From an uncultured Candidatus Rokubacteria bacterium (GTDB lineage: Bacteria; Methylomirabilota; Methylomirabilia; Rokubacteriales; DASRDR01): a stretch of 64,000 bases of DNA. Below the pieces are notes generated by a model. That model ran no database searches. It was not told the DNA's origin and worked only from the letters and a program-made list of their open reading frames with translations. The stretch's first letter is position 1. Each line of letters begins with the position of its first letter. Below are positions 9,176-19,659 of the stretch, piece by piece. The stretch spans positions 832,001 to 896,000 of the forward strand of contig CAWDVE010000017.1 of NCBI GenBank assembly GCA_963805625.1, given 5' to 3'. The position numbers and the translations under genes were made by a program.

Positions 9176-10431
9176 GGGTGGACAGTCACACGGGGGATGG
9201 GGATCACGAACCGCCCGCCCCAGGCGCGAATGTCGGCCATCTGCGCCATGATCTCCTCCCGGAGGTTCCACGGGAGGATGAGGAGATAGTCGGGGCGCGT
9301 CTCCAGAATGCGGCCGGGGGCGAAGATGGGGATGCGGCTGCCCGGGAGGTACTTGCCTTGCTTGTAGCGGTTGCGGTCCACCGTGTACTCGATGAAGTCG
9401 GTGCCGATCCCGCAGTAGTTGAGGAGGGTGTTGCCCTTGCCGGGCGCCCCGTAGCCGGCCACGCGCTTTCCCGCGCGCCTGGCGCCGATGAGGAACTCGA
9501 GCAGCGCCCGCTTCGACTCGTGGACCTGCGCACGGAACGCACCGTAGCGCTCCAGGCACTCGAGCCCGGCGGCGCGCTCGCCGTCGATGAGCGCGCCGAC
9601 CCGCGGGCTGACGGCGTGCACTCCGTCTCCGGCCCGCTGCGCGTACACGCGGAGCGATCCCCCGTGGGTGGGCAGCTGGTCGACGTCGAAGAGCGTCAGG
9701 CCGTGGGCCGTCAGGACCCGCTCGACCGTTCCCAGGGAGAAATAGGAGAAGTGCTCGTGATAGATGGTGTCGAACTGGTTCTCGTCGAGGAGGCGGAGCA
9801 GGTGCGGGAACTCCAGCGCCAGGACGCCGCGGGGCGCCAGCACGTGCGCCAGGCCGGCGACGAAGTCGTTGAGATCCGGCACCTGAGCGAGAACATTGTT
9901 GCCGACCAGCAAGTCGGCCCGGCGGCCGGCAGCCACGAGCGCCTGCGCCGCGCGGTGCCCGAACATGTCGATCACCGTGGGGACGCCGCGCGCGGCGGCG
10001 GCCGCGGCGACGTTCCGGGCTGGCTCCACGCCCAGCACGGGGACGCCCCGGGCGATGAAGTACTGGAGCAGATACCCGTCGTTGCTGCCGACCTCGATCA
10101 CCAGGCTCCCCGGCCCGAGACCGAATCGCGGCACCATCTGGTCGACATACCCGGCGGCGTGGGCGAGCCAGGAATCGGAGTAGGAGGAGAAGTAGGCGTA
10201 CTCGGTGAAGATGGCCTCGGGACGCACGTACTCGCGCACCTGGACGAGCCAGCAGCGATCGCACACGTAAGCGTGGAGGGGATAGAAAGGCTCCATCGCG
10301 TCGAGGCGGTCCGCCGGGATGTAGGTCTCGCAGAGCGGCGACACCCCCAGGTCCACCACGCTGTGCGTCAGGGGAGCCTGGCAGAATCGGCAGGAGCCCC
10401 CGGCGCCCGTGTCCGCCGCCGCGTGGATCAC
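9172..10431 (-). CDS. NDP-hexose C3-methyltransferase family (Zn-binding, SAM-dependent)
   Basis: CRFC...DLG..PL...[62 protein letters not shown] 10431 overlaps the upstream TGA. Confidence 0.92.
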   Translation of the reverse strand: MIHAAADTGAGGSCRFCQAPLTHSVVDLGVSPLCETYIPADRLDAMEPFYPLHAYVCDRCWLVQVREYVRPEAIFTEYAYFSSYSDSWLAHAAGYVDQMVPRFGLGPGSLVIEVGSNDGYLLQYFIARGVPVLGVEPARNVAAAAAARGVPTVIDMFGHRAAQALVAAGRRADLLVGNNVLAQVPDLNDFVAGLAHVLAPRGVLALEFPHLLRLLDENQFDTIYHEHFSYFSLGTVERVLTAHGLTLFDVDQLPTHGGSLRVYAQRAGDGVHAVSPRVGALIDGERAAGLECLERYGAFRAQVHESKRALLEFLIGARRAGKRVAGYGAPGKGNTLLNYCGIGTDFIEYTVDRNRYKQGKYLPGSRIPIFAPGRILETRPDYLLILPWNLREEIMAQMADIRAWGGRFVIPIPRVTVHP

Positions 10432-11507
10432 GGCTCGCCGGTCGTTCGGGCGGCCCCGACCTGCCAGCGCAAGCCGGCGTCCAGGGCGCCGTCGGCCATG
10501 AGCTGGCGCACTCGGCGGACGCGCCTGAAGCGAGGATCCTCCAGGTCGGCCTCGGTGAGGCCCGCGTCCCGGAAGGCGCGGATGAGCTGCCGGACGCCCT
10601 CGCTGACCGTCCACCGGGGCACGAAGGCCGGGACCGCGCGCGCCATCTTCCCGAAGTCGACGCGATAGCTGCGGGGATCCGGCACGGCAGTGTCCGCGTA
10701 CTCCACCCGGGAGCCCGGCACGCTGGCCCTGATCATCGCGGCGAGGTCCCGGACCCGATAGTTCTCTCCCGACGCGCCGACGTTGAAGGCCTGATTGTGG
10801 ACGGCCTGCCGGGGCGCGGCCAGGACGGCGATGAAGGCGCGCGCAATGTCCTCCACGTGGACGAGCGGGCGCCAGGGCGTCCCGTCGCTCAGGACGCGCA
10901 CGCAGCCGGTGACGACGGCCCCGGCCGCGAGGTCGTTGACGACCAGGTCCAGGCGGAGACGCGGGGAGACCCCATAGGCCGTCGCGTTTCGAAGGAAGGT
11001 GGGACTGAACCGCTCGTCGGCGAGCCGGGTCACGTCGCGCTCCACGTCCACCTTGGAGATCGCGTAGGGGGTGAGCGGCCGGGGCGGGCTCGCCTCGTCC
11101 ACGGGCGCGTCGCCGGCGGCGCCGTAGTTGCTGCAGGATGACGAGAAGAGGAAGCGGGTCACGCCCGCGCCGCGCGCGAGCCGGGCGAGCCGCCCCGAGG
11201 CCGCTCGGTTGATCTCGTCGGTGACGGCGGGGTTGAGATCGCCCAGGGGATCGTTGGACAGGGCGGCGAGGTGGATGACGGCCTCGACGCCGGCGAGGTC
11301 GGCCGGGTGGAGATCGCGCACATCGGCAGCAAGCAAGGGGACCCGATCGGGGAGGGCCGCCCCGAAGTCGCACCCGCGGTAGAGATCCGAGTCCACGCCG
11401 ACCACCTCGTGGCCGAGGTCCAGCAGCATCGGGACCAGCACCGCGCCGATGTAGCCCCGGTGGCCGGTGACCAGCAGACGGCCGGGTCGACGGGCCGGAA
11501 CGCTCAC
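10428..11507 (-). CDS. NAD-dependent epimerase/dehydratase (extended SDR)
   Basis: [62 protein letters not shown]. Confidence 0.92.
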   Translation of the reverse strand: MSVPARRPGRLLVTGHRGYIGAVLVPMLLDLGHEVVGVDSDLYRGCDFGAALPDRVPLLAADVRDLHPADLAGVEAVIHLAALSNDPLGDLNPAVTDEINRAASGRLARLARGAGVTRFLFSSSCSNYGAAGDAPVDEASPPRPLTPYAISKVDVERDVTRLADERFSPTFLRNATAYGVSPRLRLDLVVNDLAAGAVVTGCVRVLSDGTPWRPLVHVEDIARAFIAVLAAPRQAVHNQAFNVGASGENYRVRDLAAMIRASVPGSRVEYADTAVPDPRSYRVDFGKMARAVPAFVPRWTVSEGVRQLIRAFRDAGLTEADLEDPRFRRVRRVRQLMADGALDAGLRWQVGAARTTGEP

Positions 11508-11511
11508 CGGG

Positions 11512-12618
11512 TCAGCCTGCCATCGAGTAGAGCATGCGCATGTCCCAGGCCCCTGCGTCCAGGAGCGGCTGGGCGCCCAGCATCGGACGCCCGCCGTCCG
11601 TCGGGGTCCCGACCGCCCGCACCAGCACCGCCGGGCCCTGGCGAACCAGACGGTCTCGGACCGCGGGGGCGAAGCCCGTCGCTCTCAGGAGGGCTCTGGT
11701 CTCGTCGGGCAGGCTCATCGTCCATGTGCTCAGTTGGCCGAACCCGCCCCATTCGATGGCGGCGTCGAGGAGCGCGCGCCGGACGGTGTGGTTTCTCGCC
11801 TCCCAGTCGACGATGTTGACGCCCCGGTGAGGGAACAATCGGTGGACCTGCAGCACCAGGTAGCCATCCAGCCGGTCCTCCCCGGCCAGGAGAAACCGGT
11901 ACTCGTGCAGCGGATTTTGGAACCTCCAGGCCAGATACCGAGCGTTGCGCACGTGGCGAATCCGGCCGTCGTAGGCCTGCTGCGCGACGAGGTCCGCCAT
12001 GGCCTGGGGACGGGGCTCGCTCGCGCACCATACGGCACCGCCGGCCGATGTGGCGGGGGCGACGCGATCGAGGCGCTGGAACGGCCGCCACGAGGGGCGC
12101 GCGCAGGTGACGTCCCAGCCGCGTGTCAGGAGCCGGGACGAGAGGTGGCTTCCGAGGCGACGGGGCCAGGACGGCGGGGCCCCGCCGCGGCAGACCTCCT
12201 GCACCGAGCCCACGGACTTCCACCCGCTGGCGAGGGACCCCGCGAGGGTCGCCGGCCCTCCGCTGAGGTTGAACGCCACCTGATGGCCCCGAGCGGCGAG
12301 GTCCGCGAGCGTCGCGCTCATGATCCGGCCGAAGAGCCCGTGCTGGCGGTGGGCAGGCGCGATGACGAAGTCGTCCGCGCAGGGGACGACGAAGCGATCC
12401 TGGCCCGCCTCCCAGCATGAGCCGAATGCGCCCCGCATGCCGACGACCTTCCCTTGATATAGGGCAAGGTACATGAGCGGCGCCGGGAGATAGGGGTTCT
12501 GCTCGTACTTCCACGCGAGATAGGCGGTGTTCCGGACCACGTCGCCGCGCCAGAGATGGCGTTGCAGCGCGGCGACCTGGGGCCTGAGCTCCGGCGCGTA
12601 GGGCACGACCTCATACAT
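11512..12618 (-). CDS. GNAT family N-acyltransferase (about 368 aa, probably tandem GNAT folds)
   Basis: [24 protein letters not shown] (motif A), and a second repeat-like [16 protein letters not shown] at 12618. Confidence 0.75.
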   Translation of the reverse strand: MYEVVPYAPELRPQVAALQRHLWRGDVVRNTAYLAWKYEQNPYLPAPLMYLALYQGKVVGMRGAFGSCWEAGQDRFVVPCADDFVIAPAHRQHGLFGRIMSATLADLAARGHQVAFNLSGGPATLAGSLASGWKSVGSVQEVCRGGAPPSWPRRLGSHLSSRLLTRGWDVTCARPSWRPFQRLDRVAPATSAGGAVWCASEPRPQAMADLVAQQAYDGRIRHVRNARYLAWRFQNPLHEYRFLLAGEDRLDGYLVLQVHRLFPHRGVNIVDWEARNHTVRRALLDAAIEWGGFGQLSTWTMSLPDETRALLRATGFAPAVRDRLVRQGPAVLVRAVGTPTDGGRPMLGAQPLLDAGAWDMRMLYSMAG

Positions 12619-12922
12619 AGTCGGGGACGCCCCCCGCCGCCGGCGGCTCGCCTGGACCGGACGCGTGCCGCTCGACGAAGTCGACGATGGCATTCATGGA
12701 GTCCCACTCGGTGACCAGGTCGAAAGCCCCCAGATCCATCTCCCTGCCGATCCGGTCTTCGACCCACAGGGCGACGCTGACCAGCGTCGTGGACTCCACC
12801 ACGCCGGACGTGATCAACGGGGCGTTCTCGCCGAGCCTGCCGCTCAGCTCCGGAGTGCCCTTGGTGATGAGCGTCCGGAGCTCCCGCAGGAGCGCGGTCC
12901 GGTCCCGCCGGTCAGGCTTCAG
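12611..12922 (-). CDS. Acyl/aminoacyl carrier protein
   Basis: About 100 aa with LITSGVVES(Ppant site)TTLVSVALWVE and DSMNAIVDFV. It lies between the adenylating enzyme and the GNAT. The start is uncertain; a CTG at 12922 follows GGAGGT. Confidence 0.75.
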   Translation of the reverse strand: MKPDRRDRTALLRELRTLITKGTPELSGRLGENAPLITSGVVESTTLVSVALWVEDRIGREMDLGAFDLVTEWDSMNAIVDFVERHASGPGEPPAAGGVPDYV

Positions 12923-14465
12923 CGGGACCTCCGCCCTGGTCGGCCACCAGGTCGCGCGGGTCCACGGCGCGGAGGGCCGCGCATCGCGCCGCCACCTCGG
13001 ATCGGCGCGGCTTGCCGAGGGAGGTCCGCGGAATCTCGTCGACGACGAACCAGCGCCGGGGCAGCTGATACGCGGCCAGGCGCGTGCGCGCCCACGCATG
13101 GAGCCGGCGCAGCGTGGCGACGTCGGTGGAGCGCAGCACGAGAGCCACCGCCACCTCCTCTTCGCCCGATCCGTCGTCCTGGCCGAAGGCGCAGGTGTCG
13201 AGGGCCTGATCGAACCGCTCGAGGACCGTCTCGATGTCTCCCGGGTAGACCTTCATCCCGCCCCGATTGATCTCGTCCCGCTCGCGCCCGCGGAGGTGCA
13301 GGCGGCCCGTCGCGTCCAGGCACCCGATGTCGCCGGTCTTGAGCCAGCCTCCCCGGACAGCCTCGGCGGTCAGATCGTCCCGCCCGAGATAGCCGCGCAT
13401 GAGGGCGCGCGTACGGACCCAGACGGGCCCCACGCTGCCGGGCAGCACCGCGGGGCCGGGCGGCGGCTGGCCCTCCGCGGCGGCTGCCGCAGCGGTCACC
13501 CTGAGGGTCGCGCCCCACGGGTGGCCGATCAGCCCGTCCTCGGGCTCCGTGTCGGCCGCGGACCCCGCCAGCCAGCTGGCCGTCTCGGTGAGGCCGTAGA
13601 CGTTCGAGACGGTGGCGGTCCGCGTCCACTCGGCGATGTCGCGCCAAACCCTGGCCGACAGCGGCGCCGATCCGCAGCAGACGCGCCGCAGGGTCCCGGT
13701 GCGGGGCCCGCGGGCGGCGCGCAGGGCGAGCCGCCAGAGCGCCGGCACGGACGACAGGAAGGTGATCGCGTGCTCGTCCACCAGGGCGCCGAGCTGCAAG
13801 ATCACATCGGACCGGAACGGCGGGAGCATTGCCAGATGCTGCCCCGACAGCCAGGGATAGAGGGCGTTGCAGATGAGCCCATGCCCGAAGTGCGTGGGCA
13901 GGAGGCACAGGGTACGCTCGAGATCGCCCAGGGCCAGGTGCGCCCGGAGGGCCGCCCACCGCGCCTCGAGCGACCGGTGCGTGTGGACCACGGCCTTGGG
14001 AGCGCCCGTGGTGCCGGACGTGAAGAGCACGAGCGCGTCACGATCCGGCTCGGACGCATCGAGGGAGTAGCCCGCCGCGTCCCGGCCGCTCGCGAGGTCG
14101 TCGGCACGCGGCGACTCCAGCACCGCGACGCCGGAGCCGGCCAGCGCCGATGCGACCTCGGCCGCCGGTGACGACGGCCAGAGCGTGAGCCGAGGACGGG
14201 TCGCGCGCGCCAGCGTCTCGATCTCGAAGGCCGTGAGTCGCGGGTCGACGGGCGCGGCACAAGCCCCGAGCGCCCAGAGGGCCAGGAGATCCGCGAAGAA
14301 CTCCAGCGTGTTGCCGTGATGCAGGAAGACCAGATCGCCCCGCTCGACGCCCGCGCCCGCGTAGTGAGCGGCGCGGCGCTGCCACTGGCGACGGATGGTC
14401 GCCCGGTCCCACGCGCGGCCGGAGAGCGGCTCGCTGAGCTCGCCCGGGCCGGCGGCGTTCGTCAC
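12912..14465 (-). CDS. Class I adenylate-forming enzyme (acyl-CoA/acyl-ACP ligase)
   Basis: FTSGTTGAPKAV, YGLTET, WLKTGDIG, GRERDEINRGGMKVYP, IPRTSLGK. Confidence 0.9.
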   Translation of the reverse strand: MTNAAGPGELSEPLSGRAWDRATIRRQWQRRAAHYAGAGVERGDLVFLHHGNTLEFFADLLALWALGACAAPVDPRLTAFEIETLARATRPRLTLWPSSPAAEVASALAGSGVAVLESPRADDLASGRDAAGYSLDASEPDRDALVLFTSGTTGAPKAVVHTHRSLEARWAALRAHLALGDLERTLCLLPTHFGHGLICNALYPWLSGQHLAMLPPFRSDVILQLGALVDEHAITFLSSVPALWRLALRAARGPRTGTLRRVCCGSAPLSARVWRDIAEWTRTATVSNVYGLTETASWLAGSAADTEPEDGLIGHPWGATLRVTAAAAAAEGQPPPGPAVLPGSVGPVWVRTRALMRGYLGRDDLTAEAVRGGWLKTGDIGCLDATGRLHLRGRERDEINRGGMKVYPGDIETVLERFDQALDTCAFGQDDGSGEEEVAVALVLRSTDVATLRRLHAWARTRLAAYQLPRRWFVVDEIPRTSLGKPRRSEVAARCAALRAVDPRDLVADQGGGPAEA

Positions 14466-14696
14466 GGCGTCGAGCGCCCGAGGTCTCGGGGATCCCGTCG
14501 CGCGAAGTCGCGGGTGAGTGGCAAGCGCCGCCGTCGCCGGAATCGGTGGATGGCTTCTCCCTGGCCGTGGTGCGCGGGCATCCGCCCTGCGGTTTGGCCG
14601 CCGGCTTCAGTGTATGCTCGTGGGACGCCGCGGGGCCAGCGCCCGGCCACGTTCGCGCACCGTGAGGGGCGTCTGGGGCCGCGGCCGCGAATGGGG

Positions 14697-15230
14697 ATGA
14701 TCTTCGAGCCGACGTCTCTCGCCGGGGCGCTCATCGTGGAGCCCGAGTTGCGTCGGGACGAACGGGGCTTCTTCGCGCGCACGTGGTGCCAGGAGGAGTT
14801 CGCCGCGCGCGGTCTCAATGCCAGGCTGGTGCAGTGCAGTCTGTCCTTCACCGAGCGCCGCGGAACTGTGCGCGGCATGCACTATCAGGACGCTCCCCAT
14901 CAGGAGACGAAGCTGGTCCGTTGCGTTCGAGGGGCCATCCACGACGTGATCATCGATCTCCGGCCGCACTCGCCCACCTTCCGGCACCATTGTGCAGTGG
15001 AGCTGCGGGGAGGATCCTATCGGATGCTGTACGTCCCCGAGGGCGTGGCACACGGCTTCCAGACGCTGGAGGACGATACGGAAGTCTCGTACCAGATGTC
15101 GGAGTTCCACCGGCCGGACGCCGCGCGGGGCGTCCGCTGGGACGACCCGGCCTTCGCCATTCCATGGCCCGAGCCCGTGCGCCTCGTCTCGGATCGAGAC
15201 CGGGCGTACCCGAATTTCGGTGGTAGATGA
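14697..15230 (+). CDS. rfbC: dTDP-4-dehydrorhamnose 3,5-epimerase family
   Basis: DERGFFAR, RGTVRGMHYQ, KLVRCVRGAIHDVIIDLR, VPEGVAHGFQTL, RWDDP. Confidence 0.93.
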   Translation: MIFEPTSLAGALIVEPELRRDERGFFARTWCQEEFAARGLNARLVQCSLSFTERRGTVRGMHYQDAPHQETKLVRCVRGAIHDVIIDLRPHSPTFRHHCAVELRGGSYRMLYVPEGVAHGFQTLEDDTEVSYQMSEFHRPDAARGVRWDDPAFAIPWPEPVRLVSDRDRAYPNFGGR

Positions 15231-15299
15231 CGGGCGGCCGCCCCGCGCGGGCACGCGCTCCGGGGCGAGGGCGCGCCGGCGTCCGCCCGCGGTGGTGAC

Positions 15300-16136
15300 G
15301 TGACCGTCGTCCTCTTCTGCGGCGGTCTCGGGATTCGCCTCCGGGCGCATGTCCCCGGCACCCCGAAGCCCCTGGTGCCGATCGGCGGCGAGCCGATCCT
15401 GTCGCACCTGATGCGATGGTACGCGCATCATGGCCATCGGGAATTCGTGCTCTGCCTCGGGCACGGCGGCCCCAGGATCATACGTCACTTCCTCCAGCGA
15501 CGGGACTGTCTCGGGGCGGAGTCGCTTCCCGGCGGGAGCCAACGGATCCGCCTCCGCCTGGGCCACCTTGGCGAGTGGACCGTGACCCTGGTGCCGACTG
15601 GACGCGGCGCCAGCATCGGCGAGCGGCTGCGCGCCGTTCGATGGCACCTCGACGGCGCGACGTTCCTTGCCAACTACGCCGATGGCCTGTCGAACCTGGA
15701 CCTGCCAGACTTCATCGCACGGTTCCTGGCGAGCGGCGCGCTCGGTGGACTCATCACCGTGCGCCCCCCTTCCACTCACCACCTCGTCTCGGTGGGCAGC
15801 CACGGGATGGTGGAGAGCGTCCGTCCCCCTGCGGAGTCGGGTCTCCGGGTCAACGGCGGCTTCTTCGCCTTCCGGCGCGAGGTCTTCGACTGGCTCGATG
15901 CCGGCGAGGACCTCGTCGATGACCTGTTCCCACGATTGGTGGCCCGCCGCCGGCTCTTCGGCTACCCGCACGAGGGCTTCTGGGCTTGCATGGACACGCC
16001 CAAGGACTGGCTCGCCCTGGAGGAGATGGAGGCCACGGAGAACACGCCGTGGAAGGTGTGGCTCTCGGTCCCTGGGGCTGGGCGGGCGCCCGCCGAAGGG
16101 GTGCCCCGGCTGGCCCCCAGCGATCGCGGCGCGTAG
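15300..16136 (+). CDS. rfbF: Glucose-1-phosphate cytidylyltransferase family nucleotidyltransferase
   Basis: VVLFCGGLGIRL, PKPLVPIG..PIL.H.M..YAH.GH.EFVLCLG, NGGFF, HEGFWACMDT. Confidence 0.85.
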   Translation: MTVVLFCGGLGIRLRAHVPGTPKPLVPIGGEPILSHLMRWYAHHGHREFVLCLGHGGPRIIRHFLQRRDCLGAESLPGGSQRIRLRLGHLGEWTVTLVPTGRGASIGERLRAVRWHLDGATFLANYADGLSNLDLPDFIARFLASGALGGLITVRPPSTHHLVSVGSHGMVESVRPPAESGLRVNGGFFAFRREVFDWLDAGEDLVDDLFPRLVARRRLFGYPHEGFWACMDTPKDWLALEEMEATENTPWKVWLSVPGAGRAPAEGVPRLAPSDRGA

Positions 16137-16181
16137 GGTCGGGCCGGCCGCTGCCATCGGGGTGGGGCGCGCGGGGGCGGC

Positions 16182-16841
16182 TCACGGAGCGGCCAGGACG
16201 ACCTTGCGCGCGTAGAACGCCTCGGCGAAGCGGACCCGGGCCTGGATCCCGCGCAGGCTCAGGGCGCCGAGGAAGACATCGCGGGTGAACCACGGCTTGC
16301 TCGTCTGGGACTGGTAGGCGTCGAGCAGGTATCGCACCTTGGCTTCGGCGACATCGTCATCGAGTGGCACCAGGAAGTTGGGCGCGCCGTCGGGCTCGGG
16401 ATCGTACTTGGGCGTCTCGTACTCGAGGATCATGTGGTCGCGGAACGTGCTCCAGGTGAGCTCGGCGACGAACCGGTGATCCTGATGCCAGTCGCCCCGG
16501 TAGGGCGTGAACACCACGTCGGGATCCACTCGCGCCTTGAGGGACTCGAAGTAGTCCTTGACGCGCTCCGCGTGGTAAGGGAGGTAGCCGTCACGGAACC
16601 GCTCGACCACCAGCTGTCGCATCTCCACTCCAGCGAGGAAGGAGTCGGCGGAACGCTGCGCCTCGCGGGCGCGCTCGTCGTCCGCGCTCAGCACGACCCA
16701 CTCCACGACGAGATGGGGATTGGCGCGCGCCAGGGTGAGGATGGTCCCCCCGCAGCCGATCTCGATGTCGTCGCAGTGGGCGCCGAGGCATAGCACCCGG
16801 AGGGGCCGGTTACGCGGGCCGGCGAGCTGCAGGGTCCGCAT
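16182..16841 (-). CDS. PIG-L family deacetylase
   Basis: GAHCDDIEIGCGGT and DWHQDH metal-binding motifs; YETPKYD. Confidence 0.92.
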   Translation of the reverse strand: MRTLQLAGPRNRPLRVLCLGAHCDDIEIGCGGTILTLARANPHLVVEWVVLSADDERAREAQRSADSFLAGVEMRQLVVERFRDGYLPYHAERVKDYFESLKARVDPDVVFTPYRGDWHQDHRFVAELTWSTFRDHMILEYETPKYDPEPDGAPNFLVPLDDDVAEAKVRYLLDAYQSQTSKPWFTRDVFLGALSLRGIQARVRFAEAFYARKVVLAAP

Positions 16842-17208
16842 CAGCCGCCTGCCGGGGCCATCGAGGCAAGACACCCGGTGCGATGCGGGGCGTCGGGCCC
16901 AGGGTATCCCGGGCTGTCGCACGCACGGATCGCGCATGTCACCGTGGTGCCGCCGACGGATGCCCGCTCCGCCTGGTCAGCTCGATTCGTGCCGGTCCGC
17001 ATCGAGGTCCCTGGAGGATAGCCGAGGCCGAGGCGCGTCGCCAGGGCGGTTTACAGCGCTCGGCGGATGCGACGTCCCGGGGTGCCTGCACCTGGCGTCT
17101 CGCGAGTGCTCCCTGAGGCCCGTGACGACCTTCGTCCTACAGAGATCGCCCCGCCACGCGGGCCTCCCCGCCACTCGATGCTCACCTGGTCCAGTTGGCC
17201 CGGGCCCC

Positions 17209-17238
17209 TTGACAGGGCTGCCGGTACCCCGAGAGAAT
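17209..17238 (+). promoter_or_regulatory. Putative sigma-70 promoter of the sugar-type ABC operon
   Basis: TTGACA (17209-17214), 18-nt spacer, GAGAAT (17233-17238). Confidence 0.4.
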
Positions 17239-17331
17239 CGCGCCGTCACGGGGTCGAGCCGCCGAAGGGGCGTCGGTTGCCCCCGCCGGTCGGCGTCGAC
17301 CCACCACATCCGACTCGACCGGAGGGATGCC

Positions 17332-18627
17332 ATGAGCCGACTGGATCGCCGGACCTTCCTTAAGGGCGCGGGGATGCTCGGCGCCTCGACGGCGCTCGCT
17401 GGCGCCGGCGCCCGGCCCGCGCGCGCCGACAAGCCCATCAACTTCAGCGGGTGGGTCTTCAAGCCCGACACCGTCAAGGACTACGTCGACTTCTACAACC
17501 AGAAGCATGGCGGCCAGGTGAAGTACGAGGCCATCCCGTGGGCCCAGTACCACCCGACGATGGAGACCCGGTCCTTTGCCGGCGAGGTGGTGGACGTGAT
17601 GTACTGCGCCCACAACTTCCGCGAGCGCTGGCACGAGAACGGGCTCCTGCGGAAGGTCGACGACCTCCCGGGCATGGACGAGCTCAAGAAGAAGATGACG
17701 CCGGCGAATCTCGAGAGCCTCAAGAACAAGGACGGCTCCCTCTCGTCGCTCCCCTATTTCACGAGTCTCTTCGTCCTGATCTACAACGAGCCGATGCTGC
17801 AGCAGGCGGGGATCAAGGCACCGGCGAAGAGCTGGGACGAGCTCATGGATCATTCCATGAAGCTCAAGCGCGACAAGGTCAGCGAGACCCCGTACCTGCC
17901 CAACTGGAACAACAGCCCCTCGGGCACGATGCTGCAGTTCATGGCCGACTGCTTCTCCGAGGGGGCGAACGTTTTCGACGCGAAGAACCAGGTCATCGTG
18001 GACCAGGAGCCCGGCGCCGCCCGCGCCATGGAGCGCTGGCAGAAGGCGTGGAAGGCCGAGCTGGTCAACCCCGAGGTCCTCACGAAGACCTCCTCGACCG
18101 ACACGCACCGCCTGTTCTGGACCGGGCGCTACGCCTACACCACGACCCACTCCTACTACCTCAAGAGCAGCGCCGGCGAGCCCGAGAACTCGAAGCTCGC
18201 CCCCAAGAAGGCGAAGCTGGCGATGTATCCCGGTACGGGCCAGACGTACATGTGGACCGACAGCTACACGATCAACGCCAAGACCAAGAACGTGGAGGAC
18301 GCCTGGAAGCTCCTTCGGTTCCTGGGCGGCAACCTGAACGGCGACTGGTACGTCCAACGGCAGTGGTGCCTGATCGCGGGCCTGGACAACCCGTACCCCG
18401 AGATGTACGACCATCCCGAGATCGTGAAGTCCTACGACAACTGGATCGATCTCAAGCTCCTGAAGACCCAGTACACGAAGGGCAAGGTCATCGCGGCCTA
18501 CAAGGAGCCCTGGTACGGCGAGTACGACACGAAGGCCATCCCGATCGTGCAGAACATCATCCGCGGCACCCTGACGGTGCCGCAGGGTCTGAAGGACCTG
18601 GCGAAGCTCCAGAAGTCGCTCGCCTAG
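17332..18627 (+). CDS. ABC transporter substrate-binding protein (CUT1/sugar type), Tat signal
   Basis: MSRLDRRTFLKG twin-arginine signal after a GGAGGG RBS; LPY...LIYNEPML..AGIK.P..WDEL SBP_bac_1 pattern. Confidence 0.88.
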   Translation: MSRLDRRTFLKGAGMLGASTALAGAGARPARADKPINFSGWVFKPDTVKDYVDFYNQKHGGQVKYEAIPWAQYHPTMETRSFAGEVVDVMYCAHNFRERWHENGLLRKVDDLPGMDELKKKMTPANLESLKNKDGSLSSLPYFTSLFVLIYNEPMLQQAGIKAPAKSWDELMDHSMKLKRDKVSETPYLPNWNNSPSGTMLQFMADCFSEGANVFDAKNQVIVDQEPGAARAMERWQKAWKAELVNPEVLTKTSSTDTHRLFWTGRYAYTTTHSYYLKSSAGEPENSKLAPKKAKLAMYPGTGQTYMWTDSYTINAKTKNVEDAWKLLRFLGGNLNGDWYVQRQWCLIAGLDNPYPEMYDHPEIVKSYDNWIDLKLLKTQYTKGKVIAAYKEPWYGEYDTKAIPIVQNIIRGTLTVPQGLKDLAKLQKSLA

Positions 18628-18654
18628 GACCCCCGCGGGGTAGGGGAGCTCGGG

Positions 18655-19659
18655 ATGGGTGCCGAGCCCACGGGGGCGCCCGAAGCCCTCCGCATCGAGA
18701 GGGCCGACCGGAGGCGGACGCGCACCGCCCTCCGGCCGGTCGTCCTCTCGGAAGCGGCGTTCGCCTGGCTTCTCGTCGTCCCGGCCGTGCTCGGCATCCT
18801 CCTCGTCGTCGTCTTCCCGCTCGTCTACTCGCTCTGGATGAGCTTCACCGAGGTGAACCTGCTCCGCGCGACGGGACCCGCGATCGAGCTGTTCGGCGTG
18901 CGGCTCCCGCTGTTCCGGTACGTGGGCCTCGAGAACTACGCGCGGACGTTCGCCGACCCCGTGTACTGGAGCTCCCTCTGGCGCACCCTCTACTTCGTGG
19001 CGGCCTTCGTTCTCGAGGCCACGCTGGTCGGTCTCGGGATGGCCCTCGTGCTCCACGAGCGCTTCGCGGGCCGGCCGCTGATGCGGAGCCTCCTGCTCGT
19101 CCCGTGGTCTCTGTCGCGCGTCGTGGTGGGGCTCCTCTGGATCGGGCTCCTGGACTTCGAGTTCGGCGCCCTCAACGGCGTCCTCCACCGGGCGGGCCTG
19201 ATCGACGGGTACATCGCGTTCTTCAAGGACGGCTTCCAGGCGCTGAACGTGCTGGTGTCGGTCTACATGTGGAACCAGGCGCCGTTCGCAACGCTCCTGT
19301 TCCTGGCGGGCATGCAGTCGATTCCCGAGGAGCTCTACATGGCGGCCGCCGTGGACGGCGCGGGCTACTGGCGGCGGCTCTGGTACGTCACGCTGCCGGC
19401 GCTGAGACCCATCCTGTTCCTGATCCTCGTGCTCAGCACGGTGAACGGCTTCCTCATGCTCGATCTGATCTACGTCCTCACGATGGGCGGCCCCGGCCAG
19501 GACACCACGACCATCTCCTGGCTCGGGTTCCAGACGGCCTTCAGCTTCTTCAAGTTCGGCCCGGGCACCGCGATCCTCTACACGCTGACGGCGCTGTGCC
19601 TGCTCCTGACGTTCGTGTACCACTGGGTCGTGCTCCGCCGGTTCGAGGCCGAGGCCTGA
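18655..19659 (+). CDS. Sugar ABC transporter permease
   Basis: VGLENY, LAGMQSIPEELYMAAAVDGA (EAA loop), TMGGPG. Confidence 0.92.
   Translation: MGAEPTGAPEALRIERADRRRTRTALRPVVLSEAAFAWLLVVPAVLGILLVVVFPLVYSLWMSFTEVNLLRATGPAIELFGVRLPLFRYVGLENYARTFADPVYWSSLWRTLYFVAAFVLEATLVGLGMALVLHERFAGRPLMRSLLLVPWSLSRVVVGLLWIGLLDFEFGALNGVLHRAGLIDGYIAFFKDGFQALNVLVSVYMWNQAPFATLLFLAGMQSIPEELYMAAAVDGAGYWRRLWYVTLPALRPILFLILVLSTVNGFLMLDLIYVLTMGGPGQDTTTISWLGFQTAFSFFKFGPGTAILYTLTALCLLLTFVYHWVVLRRFEAEA

Noticed and set aside
7889-11373. ORF-track calls of 791 aa and 733 aa suggesting large fusion proteins
   Set aside because: The N-terminal extensions are out-of-frame overlaps with upstream genes. Real starts are at 9175 and 10431, with ATGA/GTGA coupling.
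16842-17331. 490-bp intergenic region as a possible riboswitch or small gene
   Set aside because: No recognisable riboswitch consensus or credible ORF was seen by eye; only a putative promoter. An Rfam search would be needed to exclude an RNA.
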